Shown: one piece after another, positions 9,301 through 17,759 of the stretch | Position numbering within the stretch: the stretch's first letter is position 1 | Layout: each line of letters begins with the position of its first letter | Origin: Candidatus Hydrogenedentota bacterium | Lineage (GTDB): Bacteria; Hydrogenedentota; Hydrogenedentia; Hydrogenedentales; SLHB01 | DNA length: 64,000 nt | Reading direction: 5' to 3' | Assembly: GCA_963674865.2 (NCBI GenBank) | Contig: CAXXYE010000009.1 | Coordinates: 896,001 to 960,000 of the forward strand | Notes under the pieces: model-generated | Seen by the model: the letters and a program-made list of their open reading frames with translations, nothing else | The model's database searches: none | Told to the model about the DNA's origin: nothing | Made by a program: the position numbers and the translations under genes

Positions 9301-11597
9301 AGTTCGCCGTCCGAGGTGAAGGCGATTCCCGCCCACCGGCCTTCCAAGAAGCCCACCGGGCTCGCGATGCCCGTCTCTTCGTCGAGACGCGCCAGTAGCC
9401 ACAGTGTGTCGTCACCATTCTTCTCGACATCTTGAGAGTCCGGCGACTGGAGATACACCAGAAGCAGCGCCCACAGTTCACCTGTGACGGGGTGCGTGGC
9501 CAATCCGCGTCCGCCCGTCACGACCCAGTGCGTGCCCGGAAGACGGATCGGAACATTGCTCAAGACGTCCCCCGTTTCCGGATCCAGTGTCTTCAGATTC
9601 AGCGCGGCCAAATATTGCTTCTCGCCATAGTAGGGATCATGCGGGAGCGAATACAGCACGCCGGTATCATAGAGCCACTCGGGATCCGCCTCCGGATCGG
9701 CATACACCGTCTGATCCGGCCCGGCATCCGCCACGGGCGGCTGATTCTCCGTCGTCACGCTGACGGTGTCCGGCGCACTATCAACGGTGCCGTCGTTCAC
9801 GATCAACTGGGCCACGTATACGCCCGGAACGTCAATTGTGAATTTCGGCGTCGGTGAGGTCGGGTCGTCCAACGTCGCCGCACTCATCGGGGCCTTCGTT
9901 CCGTTGCCGGGCACGGATATGAGGCTCCAAGAATAGGTCAACGGGTCGTTATCCACGTCATAACTTCCCGTGCCGTCAAGCGTGATCTCGTCGCGGCGAT
10001 GAGCGGTCTGATCAGGTCCGGCGTCCGCCACCGGAGGCGTGTTGTCCGTCGTCACCGTCACCGTGTCGGGCGTGCTGTCCTGCAGCCCGTCGTTGACGAT
10101 CAGTTGGAGTACGTAGGTGCCCGCCACGTCGATGGTGAACTTCGGCGCGACGGCCGCGCTGTCGTCGAGTGCCGCCGTGCTGCCGGCGGGACGCGATGTG
10201 AAGCTCCACGCGTAAGTGATGGCATCGCCGTCGGGGTCGTAACTCCCGCTGCCGTCAAGCGTTATCTCAGCCGTCACTACGCCCGACTGATCCGAGCCGG
10301 CATCGGCTATGGGTGCGGTGTTCTCCGTGGTGATCGCTACCGTGTCTGCGGCACTATCTACGGTGCCATCATTCACGATCAACTGGACTACGTATACGCC
10401 CGGGTAATCCGTTACGAATGTGGGATTGACGGCCGTCGGGTCGCTCAAGACCGCCGAACTCTTCCGTGTACTGAACGTCTCCGGTACGGACGCGAAGCTC
10501 CAGCTATACGTCAGCGCATCTCCGTCCACATCGTAGCTGCCGCTGCCGTTGAGCGCTACCGTGTCGCCCGCGTGCACCGTTTGGTCCGGGCCGGCATCCG
10601 CCACGGGCGGGCTGTTTACCGTTGTGATGGATACCGTGTCCGGATCGCTGTCAAACTCGCCGTCATTCACCACCAACTGGAGGACGTATTCGCCCGGAAG
10701 GTCGATAGCGAATGTCGGATTAACGGCCGTCGGGTCGCTTAACGTGGCCGAACTCTTCTCTGGAGCGTTGCCCGGCACCGATACGAAGCTCCAGGAATAC
10801 GTCAGTGCATCGCCGTCTACGTCGTAACTGCCGCTGCCGTCAAGCGTCACCGTGTCCAGCACTTGCGCCGTTTGATCCGGTCCTGCGTCCGCCACCGGTG
10901 CGCTGTTCTGGGTGGTAATGATCACCGTGTCGGTACTCGTTTCCCGGCCATCACTTACCGTCAGCAAGAAGACGTACGTCCCCGGCACATCGATCGTGAA
11001 CGTCGGCCGAGGCGCGGTGGGATCAGACAGACTGGCCGTCGTCACCGAGCTTCCCTCGGGCACCTGAACCACTTCCCACTGGTACGTCAGGAAGTCCCCA
11101 TCCGGGTCCGACGACCTGGTTCCGTCGAGTTCGACGGGATCTCCGACCACATGGGTTTCATCAGTGCCAGCGTCGGCGTCCGGCGGCTCATTGGCCTCCA
11201 ACACCTCAATATAGTACGTGCGCGTGAGAGATACGCAGGAGCCGTCGGACAGTTCCACGGTGAGCGTCACCGTATACCGCCCCGGCGCCGTATACACGTG
11301 AGTCGGGTTTTGCCCTTCCCCCGTGGCGCCGTCGCCGAAGTCCCAATACCATCCAACGATACTCAGTTCGAGAGCATTGACGTCGCGGAACTTCTCCTCT
11401 ACAAGTGTATAGGGAGGAACGGCTTCCGCAGAGCCATAGAACTGTACCGTCAGGTCGGCGTAACCCGACCTGGGCGTACCCCAGAAAGACACCTTGACAG
11501 GGTCATCCTTGAGAGGACATCCTGTCAACCCCATTGCGACAAGCACCAATACGGCGCCAAACGTCCCCACGGATCTCCACTGTCTGTTCCACTGCAT
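6309..11597 (-). CDS. Giant surface lipoprotein: PKD and PKD-like Ig repeats, beta-propeller-like region, CARDB, malectin and C-terminal FGE/SUMF1-fold domain
   Basis: LTGC lipobox after an AAGGAG RBS; WDFGDG PKD motif; repeated PVADAGPDQ..LDGSGSYD; PDLVISD..VDENNEYNN (CARDB); YRINCG..LFQTERY..LHFAE..KISAIEV (malectin); YEVTNAQY..DMSGNVWEW..RGGSY..NLGFR (FGE fold). Confidence 0.88.
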   Translation of the reverse strand: MQWNRQWRSVGTFGAVLVLVAMGLTGCPLKDDPVKVSFWGTPRSGYADLTVQFYGSAEAVPPYTLVEEKFRDVNALELSIVGWYWDFGDGATGEGQNPTHVYTAPGRYTVTLTVELSDGSCVSLTRTYYIEVLEANEPPDADAGTDETHVVGDPVELDGTRSSDPDGDFLTYQWEVVQVPEGSSVTTASLSDPTAPRPTFTIDVPGTYVFLLTVSDGRETSTDTVIITTQNSAPVADAGPDQTAQVLDTVTLDGSGSYDVDGDALTYSWSFVSVPGNAPEKSSATLSDPTAVNPTFAIDLPGEYVLQLVVNDGEFDSDPDTVSITTVNSPPVADAGPDQTVHAGDTVALNGSGSYDVDGDALTYSWSFASVPETFSTRKSSAVLSDPTAVNPTFVTDYPGVYVVQLIVNDGTVDSAADTVAITTENTAPIADAGSDQSGVVTAEITLDGSGSYDPDGDAITYAWSFTSRPAGSTAALDDSAAVAPKFTIDVAGTYVLQLIVNDGLQDSTPDTVTVTTDNTPPVADAGPDQTAHRRDEITLDGTGSYDVDNDPLTYSWSLISVPGNGTKAPMSAATLDDPTSPTPKFTIDVPGVYVAQLIVNDGTVDSAPDTVSVTTENQPPVADAGPDQTVYADPEADPEWLYDTGVLYSLPHDPYYGEKQYLAALNLKTLDPETGDVLSNVPIRLPGTHWVVTGGRGLATHPVTGELWALLLVYLQSPDSQDVEKNGDDTLWLLARLDEETGIASPVGFLEGRWAGIAFTSDGELFGVTGSSQENEWPDSLYHLSQDDATATFWYQFTNSLDRDGQCLAFNFDDDEMYHASSRAYYKQPSDVILFESLLFVDPPVLTTHSVPQDWMECNPSALTYDRENGRFILADTCSMIYAVGPPTPDLVISDLSIDPTSPSDQDEITFTAVVSNWGSVDAGPFDVEFKIGGETFGLIQAYTGLAAGASETLQRFETLPAGSYGYSATADVNEDVDENNEYNNETTGAFTVGAVIKAGDGQVAVKQASDPDTYEVIYVYSTSDYHTSKGLAFKYRCRRAGTEVQLDGSGSYDPDSDPLTYAWTFVSVPQDSAVDDSSLSDATAVDPTFTPDLQGEYVVQLIVFDGEDYSVADEVAITYGNGAPVADAGPDQIHLVPSVVPNKVAPPTPDWDYVQLNGDDSYDLDCDTLTYLWTFTSVPDGSAVTDSSLFDPTAAQAKEADATTLPAPAFYPDMMGDYVLQLVVDDGVATKQQSAPDTVTVTVAPDVEMYCSFGYPYFTMGPTDDEILAYEIPDDAPEARGLFVQYRINCGEMDDAYTDAEGRVWATDDYYAAGSTYEDFTQPITGTDDPTLFQTERYWTAATPKQVPATLGGYSFPASEGAYVVRLHFAEIYDSITAQNPRSFDVYIEDTLVLDDYDIVADVGFGVAAVKEFAVDLTSAQTPTLDIMFAANEENPKISAIEVFSVAPQDQYLYFANYSPPAMGVYEVTNAQYASVLNYALYMNYLRPESAEKAAYAGGDVYFNDRLLLQIVDHLDEIEYCDIEYDAEGGGFVVVDRDGVSLDEHPVVEVSWYGAIAFCNCYSEKCGLGSFYSLAKSGAAFDAFPKATSSSLDGYWVAYEPEWEYFAAWAEIPQKATSPSGKHWIYGFTADDIDATRCNYNLSNPLGLSAEPLTTPVGYYDGLNAGTVFSMSPHGCFDMSGNVWEWTSSPATLYGDDYDPYYLNGSAKGDFTYDEKVIRGGSYAEGQYYQRTAYRTSEPPETTWPNLGFRVMGLCGRWDE

Positions 11598-11719
11598 GGC
11601 GTGTCTCCTTAAGAATCGCAATGTCTTGAATAGGTTGAATGGGGCACCGACGCCTGAATCGGCACACACCTCAACCCCGCGAAAATGCCACTGTCAGGTG
11701 AGATCATCTCTCTTTTGCT

Positions 11720-11750
11720 AGTATGTGCAGGCGCTGCCCCATTTTGTCAA
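11720..11750 (-). promoter_or_regulatory. Putative sigma70 promoter for the minus-strand PKD lipoprotein
   Basis: TTGACA-19 nt-CATACT; sequence is homologous to the opposite promoter at 11899. Confidence 0.45.
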
Positions 11751-11898
11751 GGAAAATAAACGAAAATCGTCAAATCTGACAGCTTTTCCCTGGTTCGAGC
11801 AGCAACATTGCCATAGCTCGACGATGCTTCTCGGCCTTGTCCCGCCGTTTGGACCCGACATGCTTGACTCGCTGACCTGAGTCTCGGGGGCATTTCTC

Positions 11899-11927
11899 TT
11901 GACAAAAGGGGTCCAGCACTGCACAAT
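11899..11927 (+). promoter_or_regulatory. Putative sigma70 promoter for the plus-strand PKD lipoprotein
   Basis: TTGACA-17 nt-CACAAT. Confidence 0.6.
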
Positions 11928-12031
11928 AGAAGCTCGTGATCTGAGCTCAAGGCAGAATGTCTGCTCTCTCTGCTGCGGGGTATCTGCCCCGGTGGAGCTC
12001 AGGGGGCCGGATTTACGGAAGGAGGCATGCC

Positions 12032-15000
12032 ATGAAGGGGGCTGCAAACGTTATGCGTGTTTTCTGTGCTCTCACTTTACTCACCTTTGGACTTATTTCT
12101 CTCACGGGTTGCCCTGCTGCGTGGCATGTGACGTGTGATTTTACGGCCACACCGAGAACGGGGCAAGCCGACCTTACCGTGCAGTTCCAAGGCACGGCCA
12201 CAGGTGTACCGCCCTATGTCTTGGTGGAGAAATTCCGCGACACGGGCGACCACCAGATCAGCATAGTCGACTGGTCGTGGTCTTTCGGTGACGGCAGCAC
12301 CGGATGCGGGCAGAACCCGACCCACGTGTATACGACGACAGGCTGTCACACGGTGATTCTGACCGTGACCTGTTCGGACGGGACCACGGCGCGCCGTATC
12401 CATGCCAATTACGTGTGTGTGGCCGGGGACAATACCGCCCCCGTCGCGGATGCGGGCGATGACCAGACGGCCTACAGCGGCGACACAATCCAGCTCGATG
12501 GAAGCGACAGCTTCGACCCCGATGGTGATGACCTGACCTATCTTTGGGTCTTGGTCTCCAAACCGGCGGGCAGCCAGGCTTCGATCAGCGATCCTACGGC
12601 CATGAAGCCGTCCTTTTTCGTTGACAGGCCCGGAACGTACATTTTCGACCTCACCGTGAGCGACGGCATTACCACAAGCGTTGCCGAACGCGTCATTATT
12701 ACCGTTCCCAATACGCCGCCCGTCGCCGACGCCGGCCCCGACCAGACCCGTCTCGTTAGAGATACCGTTACCCTCGACGGCAGCAACAGTTCAGATATCG
12801 ATGGCGACAGCCTGACCTTCGCGTGGACCATGGTTTCGAGGCCTGACGGCAGCGCCGCGGCCTTGGACGATCCCACGGCCGTCAGTCCCACGTTCGTTGT
12901 CGATGCTTTCGGCGAGTATTTCGTCCAGCTTATCGTGAACGACGGCACGGTCGACAGCGTACTCGATGTCGTTCACATTACCACGGCAAACAGCGCACCC
13001 GTTGCCGACGCCGGCCCCGACCAGACCAAATTCGTGACCAATACCGTCCAACTTAACGGCAGCGGCAGTTCCGATGTGGACGGCGATCCCCTGACCTACG
13101 CCTGGTCCTTTGTTTCCAGGCCGACCGGCAGCACCGCAGCCCTCAGCAATGCCGGCGCCGTCAATCCCACGTTTGTCATCGACGCGCCGGGCGAGTATGT
13201 CCTTCAGCTTGTTGTGAATGACGGCACGGTGGACAGTGCGCCCGATAGCATGATCGTCCGAACTGAAAACAGCCCTCCTGTCGCTGACGCCGGGCCCGAC
13301 CGGACGCGGCTTGTTACCGAAACGGTTCAGCTTGACGGTAGCGAGAGCTACGACGTGGACGGCAATGCTCTCACCTACAGGTGGAGCTTTGTTTCCCGGC
13401 CTCAGGGAAGCAACGCGGCCCTCAGCGATCCGACCGTGGTCAATCCCACGTTCGTCATCGACCTTCCGGGTGAATACGTCGTCCAACTTATCGTGAACGA
13501 CGGTACCGTCGACAGCGCGCCGGATAGCGTCACCATTACCACCGAAAACAGCCCGCCCGTTGCTGATGCCGGGCCCGATCAGACGAAATTCGTCACCAAC
13601 AGCGTCCAGCTCAACGGCGGCGGAAGCTCCGATGTGGACGGCGATCCCTTGACCTACGCGTGGAGCTTTGCCTCCAAGCCCACGGGCAGTGCGGCTACCC
13701 TTAGCGACGCGACCGCGGTCAATCCCACGTTTGTCATCGACCTCCCCGGCGAGTATGACCTTCAGTTGATTGTGAACGACGGCACGGTCGAAAGTGCGCC
13801 GGATACCGTCATCATCACGACCCTGAACAGTCCGCCCGTCGCCGACGCCGGGCCGGATCAGTCGCGGTTCGTCACGGATACCGTCACCCTCGACGGCAGC
13901 GGCAGTTCCGATGTAGACGGCGATCCGCTCACCTACGCGTGGAGCCTTACCTCACAGCCGTTAGACAGCACGGCGGTCCTTAGCGATCCGACGGCAGTCA
14001 AGCCGACGTTCGTCATTGACGTGCCCGGCGAGTATGTACTGCAGCTTGTCGTTAACGACGCCGCCGCCGACAGCGATCCCGACACGGTACGGATCTCGAC
14101 GCTTAACAGCGCCCCCGTCGCCGACGCCGGGCCGGATCAGTCGCAGTTCGTCACGGATACCGTCACCCTCGACGGCAGCGGCAGCTCCGACGTAGACGGC
14201 GATCCGCTGACCTACGCTTGGAGCTTCACTTCCCGGCCTACGGGTAGTGCGGCGGTACTGAGCGATCCGACGGCGGTCAAACCGACCTTCGTCATCGACC
14301 TGCCCGGGGACTACGTGCTGCAGCTCATCGTGAATGACGGCAGCGACGACAGCGATCCGGACACGGTGACAATCTCCACACTCAACAGCCCACCTGTCGC
14401 CGATGCCGGGTCCAACCAGACCCGGTTTGTCACCAACACAGTAACACTCGACGGCAGCGGCAGCTCCGACGTGGACGGCGACCCGCTTACCTATGTCTGG
14501 AGCTTCACGTCGCGGCCGACGGGCAGCGCGGCGTCGCTCAACGATCCCGCAGCGAGCAATCCGACCTTCGTCATCGACCTGCCCGGGGACTATGTGCTGC
14601 AGCTTGTCGTGAATGACGGTGCGGTGGACAGCGATCCGGACACGGTGACAATCTCCACGCTCAACAGTCCGCCCGTCGCTGACGCCGGGCCGGATCAGTC
14701 GCGGTTTGTCACCGACACGGTGACGCTCGACGGCAGCGGCAGTTCCGACGTAGATGGCGATCCGCTCACCTATGCCTGGAGCTTCACCTCACGGCCCACG
14801 GGCAGCACGGCGTCGCTCAGCGATCCCACGGCGAGCAATCCGACCTTCGTCATCGACCTGCCGGGCGACTACGTCATCCAGCTTATCGTCAATGACGGCA
14901 CCGTTGATAGCGACCCGGATACCGTACAGGTTTCTACGCTCAACAGTCCCCCGGTTGCAGATGCCGGAGATCCGCAGTCCGGGCAAGTGGGCGCCAGCAT

Positions 15001-15790
15001 CACGCTCGACGGCAGCGGCAGTTCCGACGTAGACGGCGACCCGTTGACGTTCTTCTGGAGCTTCGCTTCCCGGCCCTTGGGCAGCACGGCGGCCCTCGAC
15101 GATCCCACCGCCGTTGACCCCGGCTTCGTCATTGACGTGGCAGGCAACTACACCCTCCAGCTCATTGTGAACGACGGCACTGTCGACAGTGCGCCCGACA
15201 CGGTGCAGGTCTCGACGGACAACAGCGCCCCCGTCGCCGACGCCGGAGATCCGCAGACCGTTGCTGTAGGAGCCACGGCTACACTCGACGGCAGCGGGAG
15301 TTACGATGTAGACAGCGACCCGCTGACTTACGCCTGGAGCTTCGTGTCGCGGCCGACGGGAAGCACCGCCTCGCTGACCGGCGCGACTTCTGTCAGCCCG
15401 CAGTTCACGCTCGATCTGCCCGGCGACTACGTCATCCAGCTTATCGTGAACGATGGCACCGTCGACAGCGCGCCTGACACGGTGACGATCAGTACCATCA
15501 ACAGCCGGCCCGTGGCCGATGCCGGCCCGGATCAGAGGGTGAGCTGGCCTTCGGTCATCCAACTGGACGGCAGCGGAAGCTACGATCCCGACGGCGATCC
15601 GATAACCTACATGTGGAGCGTCGTCTCGGGCGGCAATTGCCAACAGATCCCGGTTATCAGCGATCCGACCGCCATGAGCCCAACCGTTGTCACCGACACT
15701 TGGTGCACCGTGGTGCTGCAGCTGATCGTCAGCGACGGCGTGTTGGAGAGCGAGCCCGACACGATGAAGATCGTTCAGACTCCGAACTAG
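12032..15790 (+). CDS. PKD-repeat surface lipoprotein (1 PKD plus 12 tandem 93-aa Ig-like repeats)
   Basis: AAGGAGG RBS; LTGC lipobox; WSFGDG PKD motif; 12 PVADAG repeats. Confidence 0.9.
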   Translation: MKGAANVMRVFCALTLLTFGLISLTGCPAAWHVTCDFTATPRTGQADLTVQFQGTATGVPPYVLVEKFRDTGDHQISIVDWSWSFGDGSTGCGQNPTHVYTTTGCHTVILTVTCSDGTTARRIHANYVCVAGDNTAPVADAGDDQTAYSGDTIQLDGSDSFDPDGDDLTYLWVLVSKPAGSQASISDPTAMKPSFFVDRPGTYIFDLTVSDGITTSVAERVIITVPNTPPVADAGPDQTRLVRDTVTLDGSNSSDIDGDSLTFAWTMVSRPDGSAAALDDPTAVSPTFVVDAFGEYFVQLIVNDGTVDSVLDVVHITTANSAPVADAGPDQTKFVTNTVQLNGSGSSDVDGDPLTYAWSFVSRPTGSTAALSNAGAVNPTFVIDAPGEYVLQLVVNDGTVDSAPDSMIVRTENSPPVADAGPDRTRLVTETVQLDGSESYDVDGNALTYRWSFVSRPQGSNAALSDPTVVNPTFVIDLPGEYVVQLIVNDGTVDSAPDSVTITTENSPPVADAGPDQTKFVTNSVQLNGGGSSDVDGDPLTYAWSFASKPTGSAATLSDATAVNPTFVIDLPGEYDLQLIVNDGTVESAPDTVIITTLNSPPVADAGPDQSRFVTDTVTLDGSGSSDVDGDPLTYAWSLTSQPLDSTAVLSDPTAVKPTFVIDVPGEYVLQLVVNDAAADSDPDTVRISTLNSAPVADAGPDQSQFVTDTVTLDGSGSSDVDGDPLTYAWSFTSRPTGSAAVLSDPTAVKPTFVIDLPGDYVLQLIVNDGSDDSDPDTVTISTLNSPPVADAGSNQTRFVTNTVTLDGSGSSDVDGDPLTYVWSFTSRPTGSAASLNDPAASNPTFVIDLPGDYVLQLVVNDGAVDSDPDTVTISTLNSPPVADAGPDQSRFVTDTVTLDGSGSSDVDGDPLTYAWSFTSRPTGSTASLSDPTASNPTFVIDLPGDYVIQLIVNDGTVDSDPDTVQVSTLNSPPVADAGDPQSGQVGASITLDGSGSSDVDGDPLTFFWSFASRPLGSTAALDDPTAVDPGFVIDVAGNYTLQLIVNDGTVDSAPDTVQVSTDNSAPVADAGDPQTVAVGATATLDGSGSYDVDSDPLTYAWSFVSRPTGSTASLTGATSVSPQFTLDLPGDYVIQLIVNDGTVDSAPDTVTISTINSRPVADAGPDQRVSWPSVIQLDGSGSYDPDGDPITYMWSVVSGGNCQQIPVISDPTAMSPTVVTDTWCTVVLQLIVSDGVLESEPDTMKIVQTPN
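12430..15780 (+). repeat. Intragenic tandem repeat, 12 units with an exact 279-bp period
   Basis: The first Ala codon of each ADAG motif starts at 12446, 12725, 13004, 13283, 13562, 13841, 14120, 14399, 14678, 14957, 15236 and 15515. Confidence 0.93.
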
Positions 15791-15920
15791 TCGCGAGCGG
15801 TCTTACGCCAATGGGCGACGACGGCGCTGGACGACACGCCTTGCTGAGAGTTACTTGCCGCGCTCCAATGGGGGCGCGGCAGGGACGAGCCGAGAGCTTC
15901 GGAATGCTCGCTGGCCGTCC

Positions 15921-15949
15921 TTGACGAAATGGCTACATTCTGGTAGCTT
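15921..15949 (+). promoter_or_regulatory. Putative sigma70 promoter for the porin gene
   Basis: TTGACG-17 nt-TAGCTT with an extended TG. Confidence 0.45.
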
Positions 15950-16089
15950 AGGAACTTAGGGAGCCTATTGCGGTGAACGCAATGGTGGTTGAAAGAGGTG
16001 AGGACGCCTCAGGCCATGCGGCCGGAGCTTGGCGACTGACCCTCCTTCAGACGAAGGAATCAATGAGCGGTAAGAGGAGACCCGTGACC

Positions 16090-17703
16090 ATGTATAGAAC
16101 TCGTGCTATCCCCATCATTCTCGTCGCTCTGACGCTCCTCACGTGGTCCCTGACCAGCGTGGCTGAGCTTCAGACAGTGACCATCGGCGGCGAAATCCGC
16201 GTCCGCGGGTATTACTGGCAGAACAGCTTCAATGGCGGCGTCGCCACCGGGCTTGCCCTGCCCCAGGTGCGCTGGCCGGCCGCGTGGCTCGACGGTCGTC
16301 CCATCGGGGACATCATTGGCGGCCAGAACGCCATGAGCTACTGGGATTGGGACTCCCGGGGGCCCGACTACAAACTTGTCGCGGAGCGTACCGAGTTGAG
16401 CGTCCGAGCAGACTTCACCGATGATGTCGCGGCCGTTATCTCACTGGACAGTTTCGACTTCTGGGGCGAGGATTTCCGCTCGAACTACATCACCGGCGCC
16501 GACGCCCGGGCGGCGACGGCCGACGACGTCGAGTTCTATCAGGCTTACATTGAAGTCGATCAGTTGTTCGGTAACCCGCTGCGACTTCGCGTTGGCCGTC
16601 AGGAAATCACCCTCGGCAGCGGGTGGCTTGTCGGTAACGGCTCGGCCCGCGCCGAGTTCACGGGCACATCGTTCGACGGCGTCCGCCTCACCTACATCTG
16701 CGATCCGCTCACCGTTGACGCCTTCTGGACGAAACTGGCCGAGCGTAGTCCCGTCGAGGAAGACGGCGATGTCGACATGTATGGCGTTTACGCCAGCTAT
16801 GTCGCCCCCAATGAAGTCCTTTGGGTGGACAACTTCGAGTTGGACGCCTATTGGCTGCTCGTACGCGATGGGCGGGCAATTGAAGACGTCAACGGCACCT
16901 TTTTCCAGGAATGGCTCGAGGAAGTCGTCGGCATCGACGACTATGGCCCCACGTACCTCCACACTGTTGGCCTGCGCGCTGCCGGGACACTCTGGAACTT
17001 CGACGGCGAGGCCGAGTTTGCCTACCAGTTTGGCGACGCCAACCAGGTCGGCACCCTCTTCAAGCGCTTCGCGTATGGCGACGACGACGCCGACTACAGC
17101 AACTGGGCCATGAACCTTGAACTGGGCTACACCTTCGACGACGTGACGTGGCAGCCCCGGCTGCATGCAGGCCTCGGCTATTTCGGCGGCGAAGATAATC
17201 GCTACCTGTACTTCTGGGAGTGGATCAATCCCTTCAAAGCCCCGGAAGCCAGCGTGAGCTTCAACCGGCTGTTCTCGAACAAGGTCTACAGTTACATGAT
17301 CGACGAGATGGCCCAGCTCTCCAACTTCTACACCATCAACGGCGGCATTGAGCTGAATCCGACCGAGAAGGTCGAACTCAACCTTGCGGCTGCCTACTTC
17401 CACGTTATTGAAGAGTTCAATCACCCCATCTTCGTGGATATCGGACGGCTTCGCATCCCGCTGGCGCCCGGCCTTCCTTGGCTGACGCGCACCGCCGATT
17501 CCGACCTCGGCTGGGAGGCGTCCCTCTCCGCCAAGTATGCGTACAGCAGCGACCTGAGCTTCGAGGTCGGCTGGTCGCACTTCTTCGTGGATGACGGCCT
17601 CGCCGTCGGCAACTACAACGACTACAACGGCCTGCTGTACACCGGCGGCACCGACGACGACGACGCCGATTACTTCTACGCCGAAACCAAAGTCTGCTTC
17701 TAA
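16090..17703 (+). CDS. Alginate-export (AlgE-like) family outer-membrane beta-barrel protein
   Basis: Signal peptide; GGEIRVR, YQAYIE, LRVGRQEITLGSGWLVG and SFDGVR motifs; amphipathic strands ending in a C-terminal Phe. Confidence 0.8.
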   Translation: MYRTRAIPIILVALTLLTWSLTSVAELQTVTIGGEIRVRGYYWQNSFNGGVATGLALPQVRWPAAWLDGRPIGDIIGGQNAMSYWDWDSRGPDYKLVAERTELSVRADFTDDVAAVISLDSFDFWGEDFRSNYITGADARAATADDVEFYQAYIEVDQLFGNPLRLRVGRQEITLGSGWLVGNGSARAEFTGTSFDGVRLTYICDPLTVDAFWTKLAERSPVEEDGDVDMYGVYASYVAPNEVLWVDNFELDAYWLLVRDGRAIEDVNGTFFQEWLEEVVGIDDYGPTYLHTVGLRAAGTLWNFDGEAEFAYQFGDANQVGTLFKRFAYGDDDADYSNWAMNLELGYTFDDVTWQPRLHAGLGYFGGEDNRYLYFWEWINPFKAPEASVSFNRLFSNKVYSYMIDEMAQLSNFYTINGGIELNPTEKVELNLAAAYFHVIEEFNHPIFVDIGRLRIPLAPGLPWLTRTADSDLGWEASLSAKYAYSSDLSFEVGWSHFFVDDGLAVGNYNDYNGLLYTGGTDDDDADYFYAETKVCF

Positions 17704-17729
17704 CAGTAGTCTTCCAGAACACCGTTTAC

Positions 17730-17759
17730 GAGGCCCGCGAGCAATCGCGGGCCTCTTCT
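17730..17759 (+). terminator. Intrinsic terminator hairpin
   Basis: GAGGCCCGCGA-GCAA-TCGCGGGCCTC (11-bp stem, GNRA loop) followed by TTCT. Confidence 0.7.
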
